Shown here one piece after another: positions 1 through 11,917 of a DNA stretch of 61,967 nt. Every line of letters starts with the position of its first letter. Within the stretch, counting starts at the first letter, position 1. A program made the position numbers and the translations under genes. The stretch lies in assembly GCA_000165425.1 (NCBI GenBank), contig CT868653.1, positions 310,001 through 371,967 of the forward strand, in the 5' to 3' direction. The DNA comes from Paramecium tetraurelia (taxonomy: Eukaryota). Under the pieces are notes generated by a model that saw nothing but the letters and a program-made list of their open reading frames with translations, had not been told where the DNA came from and made no database searches.

Positions 1-2173
1 ATTGTATGAAAAAACTGAAATTATTCATCAAATAACCTAAGAGAATAAGCATTTTAATGGTTTAAGAAATGATATAGAAAATGAAAACAAAAACCTATTA
101 ACAGAATTAGAAATTATGCAAATGGAAATTAAAAAGTATAAAAATACAGAAGAATATCTATAACAATAATTAGAAGAATAAAGTAAAACAATATTTGAAT
201 TATGCAAAAAAAACTAAATTGATAATGCAAAAGAATTAGAAAATTAATTGAAGGAGATTAAAGAAAATAGAGAATAGAAAAATAAAAATGAATAGGAAAA
301 GTTCAGCATTGAAAAAGAAAGAATATTATAAAGGCAACAATAAGAGAAATAATAATAGTAATAACTAAATCAGCAAGGCAAACAAAAAATGAATGAGTTA
401 GTAAGAAAAGCTGGTTAAATTTAATGTTGCTTCGTAATAGATTTATTTAAGTAATTTTTATTTCTATATATAGATCAAATGAAAAAGTAGGGAATGCTAT
501 AATAAAAGCTACAGAAACATGTTGCTCTTTAATTAAAAAAACGACAAACAGAAATTCGTTTTGGGGTGCAGTTTTATATGGTTATTAAAAGAAGGGGTTA
601 GATATTTAAACTCAAAAATTTGCATAATCTGCTGATGTGTTATCAGGGTTTTTAAAAAAATAAAAATATATAAAAGATCCTAAAGATTAGCCAGAAGATT
701 TAAAGTCTGCTTTGAAAGAGATGTTAAAATTAGACTGGAGTGAGAAATATAGACTTGCCATTTTAATAGCAAACTCTCCCTGTCATGGAAAAAAATTCCA
801 TAATCCTAAAAAATATTCTAAATTTTTCGGTTTATGGTCTGTTGAATATGATACAAAATCAGATGACGATATTGAGCAAGTTATTAAAGAAGTAGTTAAA
901 AAAGACATCGTTGTATTAGTAATTAGGTTTAATGAAGACACGAAAGTAATGTGCAGCGAATTAGATAAAGTGTATACCAACCTTGGTTATCCTTAACTAT
1001 TTCATACGCTTTCAATAAAGGGGCTTGATTAAAAAAATTCTGATTGTGAACTTGCAATGCAAATTTAGAAAATGGCTGCCTTTATAATAGGAACAGATAA
1101 TAAAATGACAAAAACAAAAATCAATCAATAAGTTAGATTGTAAAATTTTGAAGAGGGTTAAAATGATATGAAAAATTTAAAAGTGGAAGTTGTTGAGATA
1201 AATAACGATATTCAAAAAGAGATCTCAAACAAAGGAGAGGGAAAACAAAAAGATATTTAATAAGTTTCAGTCTAAAATGCAATCGAAGATTAAAAACAAT
1301 ATGAAGCACTTATTGAAGAAGCAAAAAATTAATAATATGGTGCTTTGTAAGCTCTAACTAGAAAAGGAGATATTACTAAATTCGAAGAAAAAGCAGATTG
1401 TGAGGTATTTCGTTGCAAAGTTTATAAAGTTGATCTTAAATAGGAATCATTTTAAAAAAAAATAGAAAATATTGATTAAATTAGATATGACTAAAATGAT
1501 TTTGAGTTAATTTAAGAAAATGAATGGGACTGTATTAGAACTAAATCTCCTTTTGCCTTTGGAATGATGAAGGCAGTGTATTTAATGAAAAAAAGAAATA
1601 ATACAACAGAAATTTATGTTGTAAAAGTCCCAATTGTGAATGGGATTTATAAATCAAAAGGATAGGCTGTTGATGATTGCCGATCACATTTAATTGCTAA
1701 AAATTTAATGAAAGAATTTATAAATAAAATCAGAAGTAAAAATAATGGAATAAAAGAAGTTTAATACACAGACTTTTTATTGCTGGAAGAAAATGAAAGT
1801 ATATTTAATTATAATTTAGATAAATATTGGATTGCTGAAAGATTCTTTTCTGGTACTTTTGAAAAGTATAATAACAATGATGGTTTCATAAATGATGTTG
1901 ATAGTTAATTGAACTCCATCTCTTAGGCTTTCTCATTTTTTACTTATTAGAGAAGTTAATACAACTACATTGTTAATGATATTTAAGGTGTTGACGTTTA
2001 CTTTACCGATCCAGCCATTAACACAACTAAAGGTAAGAAAAAAAGTAATTTTAGGAAACTTTGATGAAACTGATGTTGGAGAGGAAGGAATATCAAATTT
2101 TTTGTCAACATTATAATTGAAAAAGCATTTATGTGAAAAATTGCTACAATCAATTGATATTGAAATTGATTGA
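1..2173 (+). CDS. vWA-domain alpha-kinase (eEF2K/MHCK-like), 5'-truncated by window edge
   Basis: Ciliate-code translation: coiled-coil N-terminus, vWA-like CCFVID...LAILIANSPCHG, then alpha-kinase motifs SPFAFGMMKAVY, IYVVK, FEKYNNNDG, QAFS, IVNDIQGV, FTDPAIN; tiny introns near 451, 1799, 2033; TGA at 2171-2173. Confidence 0.85.
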
Positions 2174-2243
2174 CACTAAGATTCGATTGAAATTAATTAT
2201 TATACAACATAACCTAAATATGAGTAATGCTTAATAAATCAAA

Positions 2244-5200
2244 TCATTTTTCTGTAAGTTCTCTAAATCCCTTCCAATCATAAGGGGCTCTACCTCCAGA
2301 TGAATGTATAACTTCTAACAATGTATTAGATGGGCCATCCTTGTGTTCTGGTATCATAGTCTAAATTATATTATATATTTACTAATGTTTTCATGAAAAT
2401 CTTTTGAGCCTCATCCCATTCCCCACGGATATAAGAATTAAACCCTGAAACCCAAGTGTCATAAAATTCCTATTAAAAATGACAATGATACTTAATGATA
2501 TGGTTCTCTTGCAGTCATCAAGTCCTCATCTTTTTCAAAAAGTTCTGCAATTTGTATTTTATCATTTTCCACACTCTTGATTAAAAGGTTCCTTTTGTAT
2601 CGATTTATAACTCTAAATTGTTTTTATTCCCTAGGATTCATTCTACTAATATCAAAGATATCTCTGGGTTCCTTATATTTATTTAAGAGACTTTTGATAG
2701 ATAAGTCTACAGTATATAGCTCAACAGGCTCAATACTTCCCTTAACTGTTACAATATCAATTAATCTAATATGATTCTAACAAGCTTATGTCAAGTTTCT
2801 CTTTAATATTCCACTAATTAAGATATTCGTACCAAATTATTTAGTTGCTGCTTCTAATCTGGAAGCCATATTAACATTTGGACTTAAGTAAGAAGCATCA
2901 ATTTTAAAAGAAGATCCTATTGCTCCTTCTATACCCCAACCCAAATGTAAACCAAATCCCATTCGTACAGAATAATCTTTAATTCTTGCATTGAGTCCTT
3001 CATGCTTTTTATATTTTTCCAACTTTTTTGATAGGGAGACTGAAATTATGATTTTTAAGAATGATAATACTGCCATATCTCCTATTTGTTTTACATTATT
3101 ATCATCATGTAAAACTAACTTTTTTGTTTATGGATCTGCATGAAATTTCATATCAGGATACTTCCAAACTAAGAGAAATGCATCCCCAATATTTTTATTC
3201 GCTGATCCCCCATAACTATCAACTGTAAAATGTACAATTTCTGCAATTTCATTAACAAAAACCATAACATCTTCCTGTAACACTTCAGTGGCATCTGTGA
3301 AATTACGAATGTCACAAAAACCAAAAATCGCAAGCACTTTCTTTCCAGGTACCATTGGATCTACACTTCCACCTTTTTTGATATTTTCTGCTATGATCTC
3401 GGAGCCTGCCTCTCCAAAACCAACAGCTAATAATGCTCCTATTTTCATTATGAGCTTTTGTAAATAATATGTTTCAGACATCTACTCAATTTGTCTCTAT
3501 CTGATTTTTTTAAAGTCATTATTCTTTTCTAACTCCTAAGTGATTAGATCTTCTTATTCTTCAATATTTACAGCCTCTAGTGGATTACTTGCAATCAATT
3601 CTATCTTTTGAATCATAGTTTCAATAGGTTCTATTATTAATTCTGTAACATCCTTATTAAATAAAACAGCACTTAATGCCAATACTATACAAACAAAAAC
3701 TGTTTGAAAAATTGATAATATAGCATTAATTTTATTATAATCGACCAAATCTGAAACAGAATATGTGATCAATTAATTAGTAGTATCAGTAGTTACAAAG
3801 TATTATTAATCTGAAAATCTATATTGGCTTTTGAGCAATTCTGTTTATTAAAACCAATCAGGGTTTGTAGTGTAGTTATATTCAGTATATTTCTTATTTA
3901 AATCATCTTGAAGTACTTAGACAGATTGGATAGGATAGATTTCACTATTATGAAATTAGACATATTGTTAAATTAACATATCAGTAATTGGCTAATTCTT
4001 TCTAAATTGACTAATTCTAAATATCCCAGAGTCATAACTATTAATAATTTCAGAATAAGTATCCAAAGTAAGAATTGGTATACTTATTAAAATGGCAATA
4101 ATAATTGTTATGACCCTTCTCATCACTAGATCTTATAATTAAGACCCAACATGAGATTCTTTAATTTAATCACCCTATGAAAGATTAGAGTATTTTAATT
4201 ATTGCTATTCGTTATTAGAACTGTTTTGATCATGTTGGGATTGTGATCTAGAATGTTAACCTTTATTAATATAAGGTAGTTATTCTTCTGATTTAACTTT
4301 CTTTTATCGATTCTATTATAAAATAGAAATTCTAATTAAATAATGTTATTTTTATTTGTTCTGTTGTTATTACTATTATGTAGAATTCTGTTTTTAATCA
4401 TCTTTCAATAACAAATCTTATAGTATTTTTTTTTCCTTTTCTTTTTCCAATTGCAATCTTGCATGTTTATACAATTTTATCAATCTAACTAGCCTTATAA
4501 TTCTTATGACTCTTGCTGCTTTTCTTGCTGTTCTTGATGCTTTGCCTAAGGCTTTAAGTGTAGCAGCATTTTAAATATCTCCCTCATCTCCATACCAATG
4601 ATCTGTAATCCAACCTATGTCTAGAATCATTGTAGCAGTAGAAATTAAATCAAGCCAAAAATAAAACTATGGTTATCAAAAGCTGAATACATTAAAAAGA
4701 TAATTTGGATTGGCAATGCAAGTTAATACAATCTCGACTCTGCAAAACATACTATGCAAATTGTTGTTAAAATAAAGAAAATATCATCACCATCTTTATT
4801 GACAGACAATATTCTAATATCATCTCCAAATAATGCATAGAGTGTCACAAATCCCATCAATAGAGAAAAACCCCATCCATCGATAAATTGTTACAATTGT
4901 CTTTACCTTAATTGGTTTTTTGTAAAAATTTAGGGTTTGGATAGACGTGCTCTAATTTTTTCAACTGCCTTAGTTCTATGTGGTTATTGACTTCGCACAC
5001 TTTTAGGTGTTTGCAAAGAGATGGCTTCATGACTTGAAGGACTTCTCATTTTTCTGGCTTCTTCATCCTCTAATTCAATTATTTCTTTCTTAACAAGGGG
5101 TGTGCATTTGGGTTTTTCGGTAAACTGAATAATATATTTTAAGGTTATTTGTTACAAGTGGTGCATGGCTGTAATAATTCCCAGTGTCAGAGGATCTACT

Positions 5201-5368
5201 CTAATTCTCAACTGAACAATCTGGTTTTTTAGCATAGGATAAAAATATAAAAATACTGGTTATGGCTCATTGTGAAGTGAATTGTAATTTCTGATAACCT
5301 AACCTGGCATACGATAGTCATCACTTTCCAAATCCCAAGGATTATAATTTTCATCCAATTATGCCATA
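2244..5368 (-). CDS. Adenylyl cyclase with N-terminal ion-channel-like/voltage-sensor domain (alveolate type); apparent frameshift near 4740
   Basis: TM segments (YALFGDDIR, FYFWLDLIST), S4-like ASRTARKAARVIRIIRLVRLIK, class III cyclase motifs FGFCDIRNFT, NKNIGDAFL, KIDASYLSPNVNMASRLE. Confidence 0.92.
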
Positions 5369-5399
5369 CTATGTATAAATATAAATATATAAAATTACT

Positions 5400-6470
5400 A
5401 AAGTGTCATTTTACTATATTTGAAGATAGCATTTGTCTTGTCTAATATAGAAACAGATATCTGATTAGGAGAAGTGAAGAGAAAAGGAGTCCAATTAAAG
5501 GAGATAGCTTGTAGTAGAACATTTGTCATCATAAAGTACTCTAATTTGAAATTTAGTTCAAGTTTATTATAATTGATATGGTGAATATGGATTGATGTCA
5601 GTTTTTAACAATTATGTTAGAGATACTATATTTGAAAAGAAGAGATTCGAATGGATCACAGAATAATTATTATAGAGTTGCCATCTATAGAATTAATACT
5701 GCCAAAGTTTAGGTTAGATTTTAAATAGCTTGATATGATAAAATATTAGATCTGATTGAAAGAATTAAAACCCAAGGTTTCAGATATTCAGATTAATTAA
5801 TTAAGTGTTGGGCTTTTTGTTAAAATATTGCTGCCCTAAATTCTGATACAAGTTAGCAAATGATTATAATTTATCGTGCTCTTATTAATGGATAAACTTA
5901 TTGGGCCAAGCATCCTAAAGATGTCAGGAGTACTGTTGATCTTGCAGTCTTACTGGCTAGAAGATATATAAGAAATTGCATATTTAGGAGTGGGATTACT
6001 GAAAGAATCTTTAGGAACTATAGATAACTCAACTCTTAATAGTATAATATAGCTACCCTTTCAAAAATAAGAGCAGCATGCAATAAACGCATTCTCATAG
6101 CTGCTCCATTAATGTACCAGGAGGATCCTAATCACCTCAACGATTTTGCTATGAAAACTCATGCATAAGAATATGATTTGGTTTTTTTGGATATGAACGA
6201 AGGTAAAAACATCAACTTTGGCATTCCAGCAATTCCACACTTAATTAATATCTGTAAATGAAATCCAATATGTATTGAAAAATGGAGTTTCGTAACTGCT
6301 GATAATATCTCTTTCCTATTGAGGAAAGCTTTAGTTCATTTTGGAAACAAAGACGAGGACACCATTACATCTGAGAAGAGAGGTTGGAATTATTGAACAT
6401 GAAAAACATTGTGTGATACAATATTAGTCAAAGAAATCTCTGATCTTTAGGATAACTGAGAAATGATTGA
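5400..6470 (+). pseudogene. Probable decayed coding sequence, possibly SAM-methyltransferase-like
   Basis: Coding-like composition but no single intact frame; fragments EIAYLGVG and EYDLVFLDM lie in different frames. Confidence 0.3.
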
Positions 6471-6507
6471 TTTAAAATCTGATCTAGGTGTTAATAAAAT
6501 TATTTAA

Positions 6508-7031
6508 TCATTTTTCTTCCTCAATTCCATTTAGTGTTTTTTCAACCTATTCTTTTACTCTTCTATAATATTCCGCTCTGTCAGACATATATAACTATTT
6601 TACAGAATTTGTATTACCTTTGCAGCTTCTGGATTTGCAGGTGAGTTTGGGTTTGGATCACACAATAGTGATCTGATAGAAGTTAAAATAGCCCAAACAT
6701 CTAAAATTGGAGTCCATTGTTCCTTTAAAATATCTAAGCATATTCTTCCATCTGGATAGACATTTGGATGATAAATTGGTGGGGCAAATCGAACTTCAGG
6801 TGGCTTAGTTGGATAATCATTCGAGAAAGCCAATTTTAATTCAAAACATCCTCCTTCCCATGGAGTTTATTCTGGTCTTAAATATTTATTTTGATTCAAA
6901 TACCCAAAAATCACTGCTTCCCAATGAAAAATATCATTTTCTTATGGAGAGGCCATAAAGTCTTCCTAATTTTCTTGTTAAATTTTCTTAAAATCCATCA
7001 ATAATCTCTTTTAAGCAAGTCCTTATTACAT
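6508..7031 (-). CDS. Ubiquitin-conjugating enzyme E2, Rad6/UBE2A-like
   Basis: [17 protein letters not shown]...[16 protein letters not shown]...[16 protein letters not shown]...SPANPEAA; two tiny introns. Confidence 0.93.
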
Positions 7032-7062
7032 TATTTTTTAATTAAATATATATGTATATATT

Positions 7063-7340
7063 TCACTCTCTCTAATTTTGTTTCTTTTTTTTAATTTTTT
7101 TATTTTCACAATAACTGGGAAGTCTAAATCGCTCAATTTTACTGTTTCTTGATTATTAATTTCTTTCTTAATCAACTACTCATCTTCAACCTTTTGTTCT
7201 ACTTTTGGTTATTGCTAACCCCATGTTTATTAAAAGGGATTCACTTTAATTACAGAGCATTCTTAATTTAAACTAGGAAATTAAGATTCTAAATCAAAAT
7301 TAATCTCCTCTTGTCTATTTTATTGTTATTGTTATTATTA

Positions 7341-7413
<73 letters not shown>

Positions 7414-8846
7414 GGCTAGTTTTAATCAATTTCTCTTTTATTTTCTTACTCATCTTATTATTAGCTTATATTTCTAACACCTGGTAACTCTGGGAAATCT
7501 TATTCATCAAATTAAAATTCATCTATTTATGAATTTGAATATTAGTAATCATATCCATTTTCGATTGGATATTATTATTTTTAAATTTATTAAGCTTATA
7601 ACTAATTATATTTTTCCTCTTATCTTAATCTTTCTTTTCTTTATCTTTCTCTATAATCTTAAATCTAAATATTAAAAATGTTGTACTTCGTGTAAATATT
7701 CCTTTAAATGGTCCTGATTTAAAATGTTTTTTAAATCGATCTCGTAAAAGTATATTTCAGTATGTAATGGAATATGAGAAAGAAACCTGATGATATAATT
7801 ATACTCATACTTGTATCTAGCCAGTGTATGGTCATTCTATGTAAATTAATCTTTTTATATTAAAAAGGATTCAATTTACTATGGTAGATGATCATTACCA
7901 TATTACAGAATGATATACTTATTACATAATGGATGAAGAAAACCTAGAAGTCCATTTGAGTCTTAGTAAAACTTATAAGATGTTTGATTTGGTTTTGGAA
8001 CATATGATTTGAGGGCAATGTCAGGTTAAAGGTTAAGGTTACTTTTTGGCAACTTATCTTATCTTTCTAAGAGAAATTATATAGATTGTTGCACTGGTTC
8101 CTAAATTTCTGTTTCACAAATCTCTAAATAGCTGAAATAGATATTGTGATTTACCTCTAAAGCTAAATAATCTCTTCCTCAAAAATCTTCAGGATATAAG
8201 ACTCATTTGCAATTAAGGTTCTAGCATAGACAACTGATTCCTTTCCATTAACATATAATTCTGTTTCGTTTTTATATTTTAAAATCTGATTTAAAAGTAC
8301 AGTGTCTCCAGAGCTCTTGATTTTGTGTTTAATGATTTTAACTGATTTCAATTCACTCATAACTGCCAATTCTCCACAAAGAGGGCACTTTTAATTAAAT
8401 TTCGCTAAATTATTAAAGAATTATGATTTTACATTGAAGCTTGTGTCTTTGGTAGCAGGGAAGACAATAAATGTGGCCACATGGTGTAATGTAAGGGATT
8501 ATGATGTCATGATCACTTATGCAAATAGGACATGTGATATCTTGAGTTGTCGTGTAAATTACTTAATACACTTCATCCCACCTAACTTCTTCTTTGATAA
8601 TATAGAATGTCTCTTTTTACTGCTAGGTTGTGAAAGTAAGACGAATTAAAATTTGGATTTCATGTATAATTGTTGTCGATGTTATACTTGCAATGATGTC
8701 AATTACAAAGGTTTTCTTCTTTGAGGTTCTGGCTCTATTTCAGTGATATCCTTTGCAACCTGAAACCCAGCGAATTAGTGTAATTAGTGAAATTAAATCT
8801 TCTGGACCTATTACTTCTTTAACTTTTTTTTTAATTATTAATCCAT
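7063..8846 (-). CDS. RING-finger E3 ligase RNF10/Mag2-like with polyQ tract (3' end uncertain)
   Basis: WDEVYQV..CPICISD..ITPCGHIYCLPC..KCPLC RING; FYQDSNG..FLHPL; RYKFLSHIP; repeated DFP/FP motifs. Confidence 0.85.
7320..7412 (-). repeat. (TAA)n microsatellite encoding about 31 consecutive Gln
   Basis: Near-perfect TTA run on plus strand, in frame within the RNF10-like CDS. Confidence 0.92.
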
Positions 8847-8920
8847 TAATAATAAATTAATATTATTACAAAAATTTTCAATTCAATTTATTATTAATAA
8901 ATAAATATCCAAAAAAGCAT

Positions 8921-9481
8921 ATGAATCATCAAGGGTTCTTTGGAACAGCAATCAAGCGAAATTCTAAACAGATGAATTCAAAAAGAGGGGAAGAGTATTT
9001 CAATAATAAGTTATTTGCAAATGAGAATCTTAGAAAAATCTAATTACCAAAATAACTTACATAGCAATATTGTTTCTCATTAGAATAAGGAGTATATGGC
9101 ACAAGGTTGGAAAATAAATCGCCCTCAAAATAAATTAAAGAATCCAACAATTCCAAATAGAACATTGAAAATACAGCATTTTAACCTGAAACTTTAAAGT
9201 TTTCTTACAATCAACACTTTTTAGCTCATGATTTATAACCCTTGATAAAAATAAGGAGATGTTAAATGGATAAAAATAGTTAGAATAAATAATAAGTAAC
9301 TTTAAATTAGTAGTGTTTCAATCTTATAACTAATAAAAGAATACGAGCATAATCATTTGCTGAAGAAAGATGCTTCTCTCCAGATTAAAATAAGAAAAGA
9401 ACAAGGCTCAATTCAATAAATTACAAGAATTTCCATTGTGAATCCTTTAGATTATAGGAAAATTAATCTGAAAATTACTGA
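8921..9481 (+). CDS. Hypothetical low-complexity protein
   Basis: ATG in AT-rich context with an in-phase TGA at 9479-9481 in the ciliate code. Confidence 0.65.
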
Positions 9482-9646
9482 TTGATAATAGTTGAATTAT
9501 TTTATAATTAAATTTAAACTTACTTCAATATCAACATAATCATTTCTTTTTTCTTCTTCTTTTGTTTAATAAAAAATAAATTAAAAATAATCTTAAAACT
9601 AGGTTGTATTCCATTAATTCATCCATTTTTTAATTCTGGTCTATCA

Positions 9647-10100
9647 ATGCTGCATAATGATTATTATAAAAATATATTTTTCTCAATTATCTGCTTTGAT
9701 AGATATGAATTTTTGAAATATCACTTTTCAATTGAGAATACACCTTCACATATCAACCAATCTACTTTATTAATCAATGTGGAAGATAAAAACTTGTATG
9801 ATATTATTTTTTATACCACTAAAATTATTAATGCATCGTCTCTCGAGATTTTGGAAAGTTTTATAGAGATCAATCTATTAGAAGTTAATTAATAAATAGT
9901 TACTTAAGCAGCTATCACATATTCAATTCATAATAGCCTATAAATACTAACAATCTAAGTCTATGCGAAATGCTTTACAAATAAAAAAATGTAAAGTTAT
10001 TTTTTAAAATGCAACCAATGCTAGTCCTAAAACGAATAAGAATTTTTCCATTTATGCTATCCGACTATCAATTATATAGTTTATACTGCAAGATTTTGAT
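9647..10100 (+). CDS. Hypothetical protein with Cys cluster (3' end uncertain)
   Basis: ORF extends through TAA/TAG to CNQCQ..HLC before a TGA. Confidence 0.35.
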
Positions 10101-10439
10101 TGTTTAAATAAAAATGGATATTATTGCAAATTATTTTTGACTAGTTAATTTTTTAAACCTCACCATTCTTTTATGTATAATTAATACATCTAATACTGAA
10201 TTTAACAATCTATTAAGTAAAATAAGGAAAATTATATTATCTATTGTTATCTAATAAAGTATAGCAAAATTTGACTATGAGCCAGTTCAAATTAAATTAT
10301 TAGAAATTATATAGCGAGATGGTTGAATATACAAATTTAATTATTCTGATAACATAATTTTCAATCTTAAGCAATTTTTAGGATGGTTGTTGGAGTTAAT
10401 AAAAAATAAACTAAAATACATTTTTGAAATAAATCTCAT

Positions 10440-11660
10440 TTTTTTTTTGATAGATTTCTTTAATTTTACTGGAATTTCGCTAAATACTTCCAATTTAAAA
10501 CGCTGATTTCATCTTTGTACTAAAGGTAGCCGTATATCATTTTTTATTGATAATTTCACAAAATCATTCAAGATTAGGATAAAAATATTATGTCCATCTT
10601 CTCTTTTCTACCTTGTCTTATTTAGAAAATAATAACAACAATCTGATTGGTTTGAAAAGTAAATATTTACTTTTATCTTTTTTATGCTTTTCAAATTCAA
10701 AATTCAAAAAATTTGATAAAGTTTGCTCAAACAAAAATGAAAATAAATAAAAGATATTCAAATAACACAATATTTCAAGCTTGTCTAGTCTAAATATGCA
10801 GCAATAAAACAACAATATTATTTTTCTAAAGTATAAATTCTAGAAGTGAAAAAAGAATGATAAGATATTCTAAAAGAACATAGCTAACTTACTAAGTCAA
10901 GAAAGTAAGGTCAAATTTAATATTACCAGTATTTTCTTAATTTGTTGTCCTTTAGTCAGATTTTTCTTTCAAAAATTGCTTTACTTTCTTTCAGGTAAAA
11001 AGTAGATACGAAATGTAGATCAACACTAGGTTCGATATTTTTTTTGATTAAAAGCTATTTCAAAATCTCAATAAGTTTATAATTATAAGGTTCTATTTTT
11101 ATAAAGTGTTTGAATTGATTTTTATTCTCAACAAATATCTTAAACTCCTATAATTTAACATAAAATCCTTCATTCCAATATTGAAAATTGGAAATATCCT
11201 TTATCAACTACTGATATATTTTCATATAATTAATTCTCAAACCTAAGTTTTCATCATAATGAAAAACAAAGGCACTTTTTAAATAATATGTAGACACATT
11301 CAACTATTTTAAGAAATTCAGTCAAATCTTTATTAATAACATTGTAGATTTTATGTAATGCATTTTGATGTCTTTAAAAAAATACTTTCCTTGATTTTAC
11401 ATATAGCTAAACTCAAAGGAAATGGATCTTTGCCTTCAATAATCAAATATAAATTTTAAATATATAGAAATCCTAGGCTAGGGATAAAGATTAGTACTCT
11501 CTATCAATTTGATATTGCCTTACAAAACTGTAAATCTAAAGCTCTATCATGTTTTGAAGCCAAAACCTTTTTATCAAACAATTCTATTATAGTGGGAGTC
11601 AATTTAAAATGAATGAGAGTGTAAAATTTATTATTTAGTTGTGATAAATTTAGATTGCAT
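10440..11660 (-). pseudogene. Degenerate coding-like region
   Basis: Long coding-like stretches on the minus strand interrupted by TGA; no intact model found. Confidence 0.25.
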
Positions 11661-11696
11661 AAAGATAAAAAATATTTTATTAATTGATTTAAAATA

Positions 11697-11891
11697 ATGA
11701 ATTATAGAGCAGTGACTTATGTGCCAGTAAATTTAAGACCAAGTTTGGCAAGAATGAATTAAGATCTGTAGAGATGTAAGTTTGAAGCTATTTAATATGC
11801 CATTTGTGCAAGCTCTAAAGGATATGAAGTGAAGGAGAAGTAATGCTAAGCGGAATTTGAAATATATAGTTCTTGTTTGAAAAAATAATGA
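11697..11891 (+). CDS. Twin CX9C small protein (NDUFAF8-like mitochondrial intermembrane-space protein), 64 aa
   Basis: MNYRAV...CKFEAIQYAIC...CQAEFEIYSSCLKKQ*; two exact CX9C motifs. Confidence 0.75.
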
Positions 11892-11917
11892 TTAAATATA
11901 AATAAATATTATTTTTT

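Noticed and set aside
5400..6500. Apparent ORF readable if TGA encoded Trp (a stop-less genetic code)
   Set aside because: The number of in-frame TGAs is about what chance gives in AT-rich DNA, the reading needed assumed introns, and the intact recognisable genes here use TGA as terminator
7320..7412. TTA array as telomere, CRISPR or non-coding satellite
   Set aside because: It is in-frame polyGln, with no spacers and no G-rich telomeric repeat
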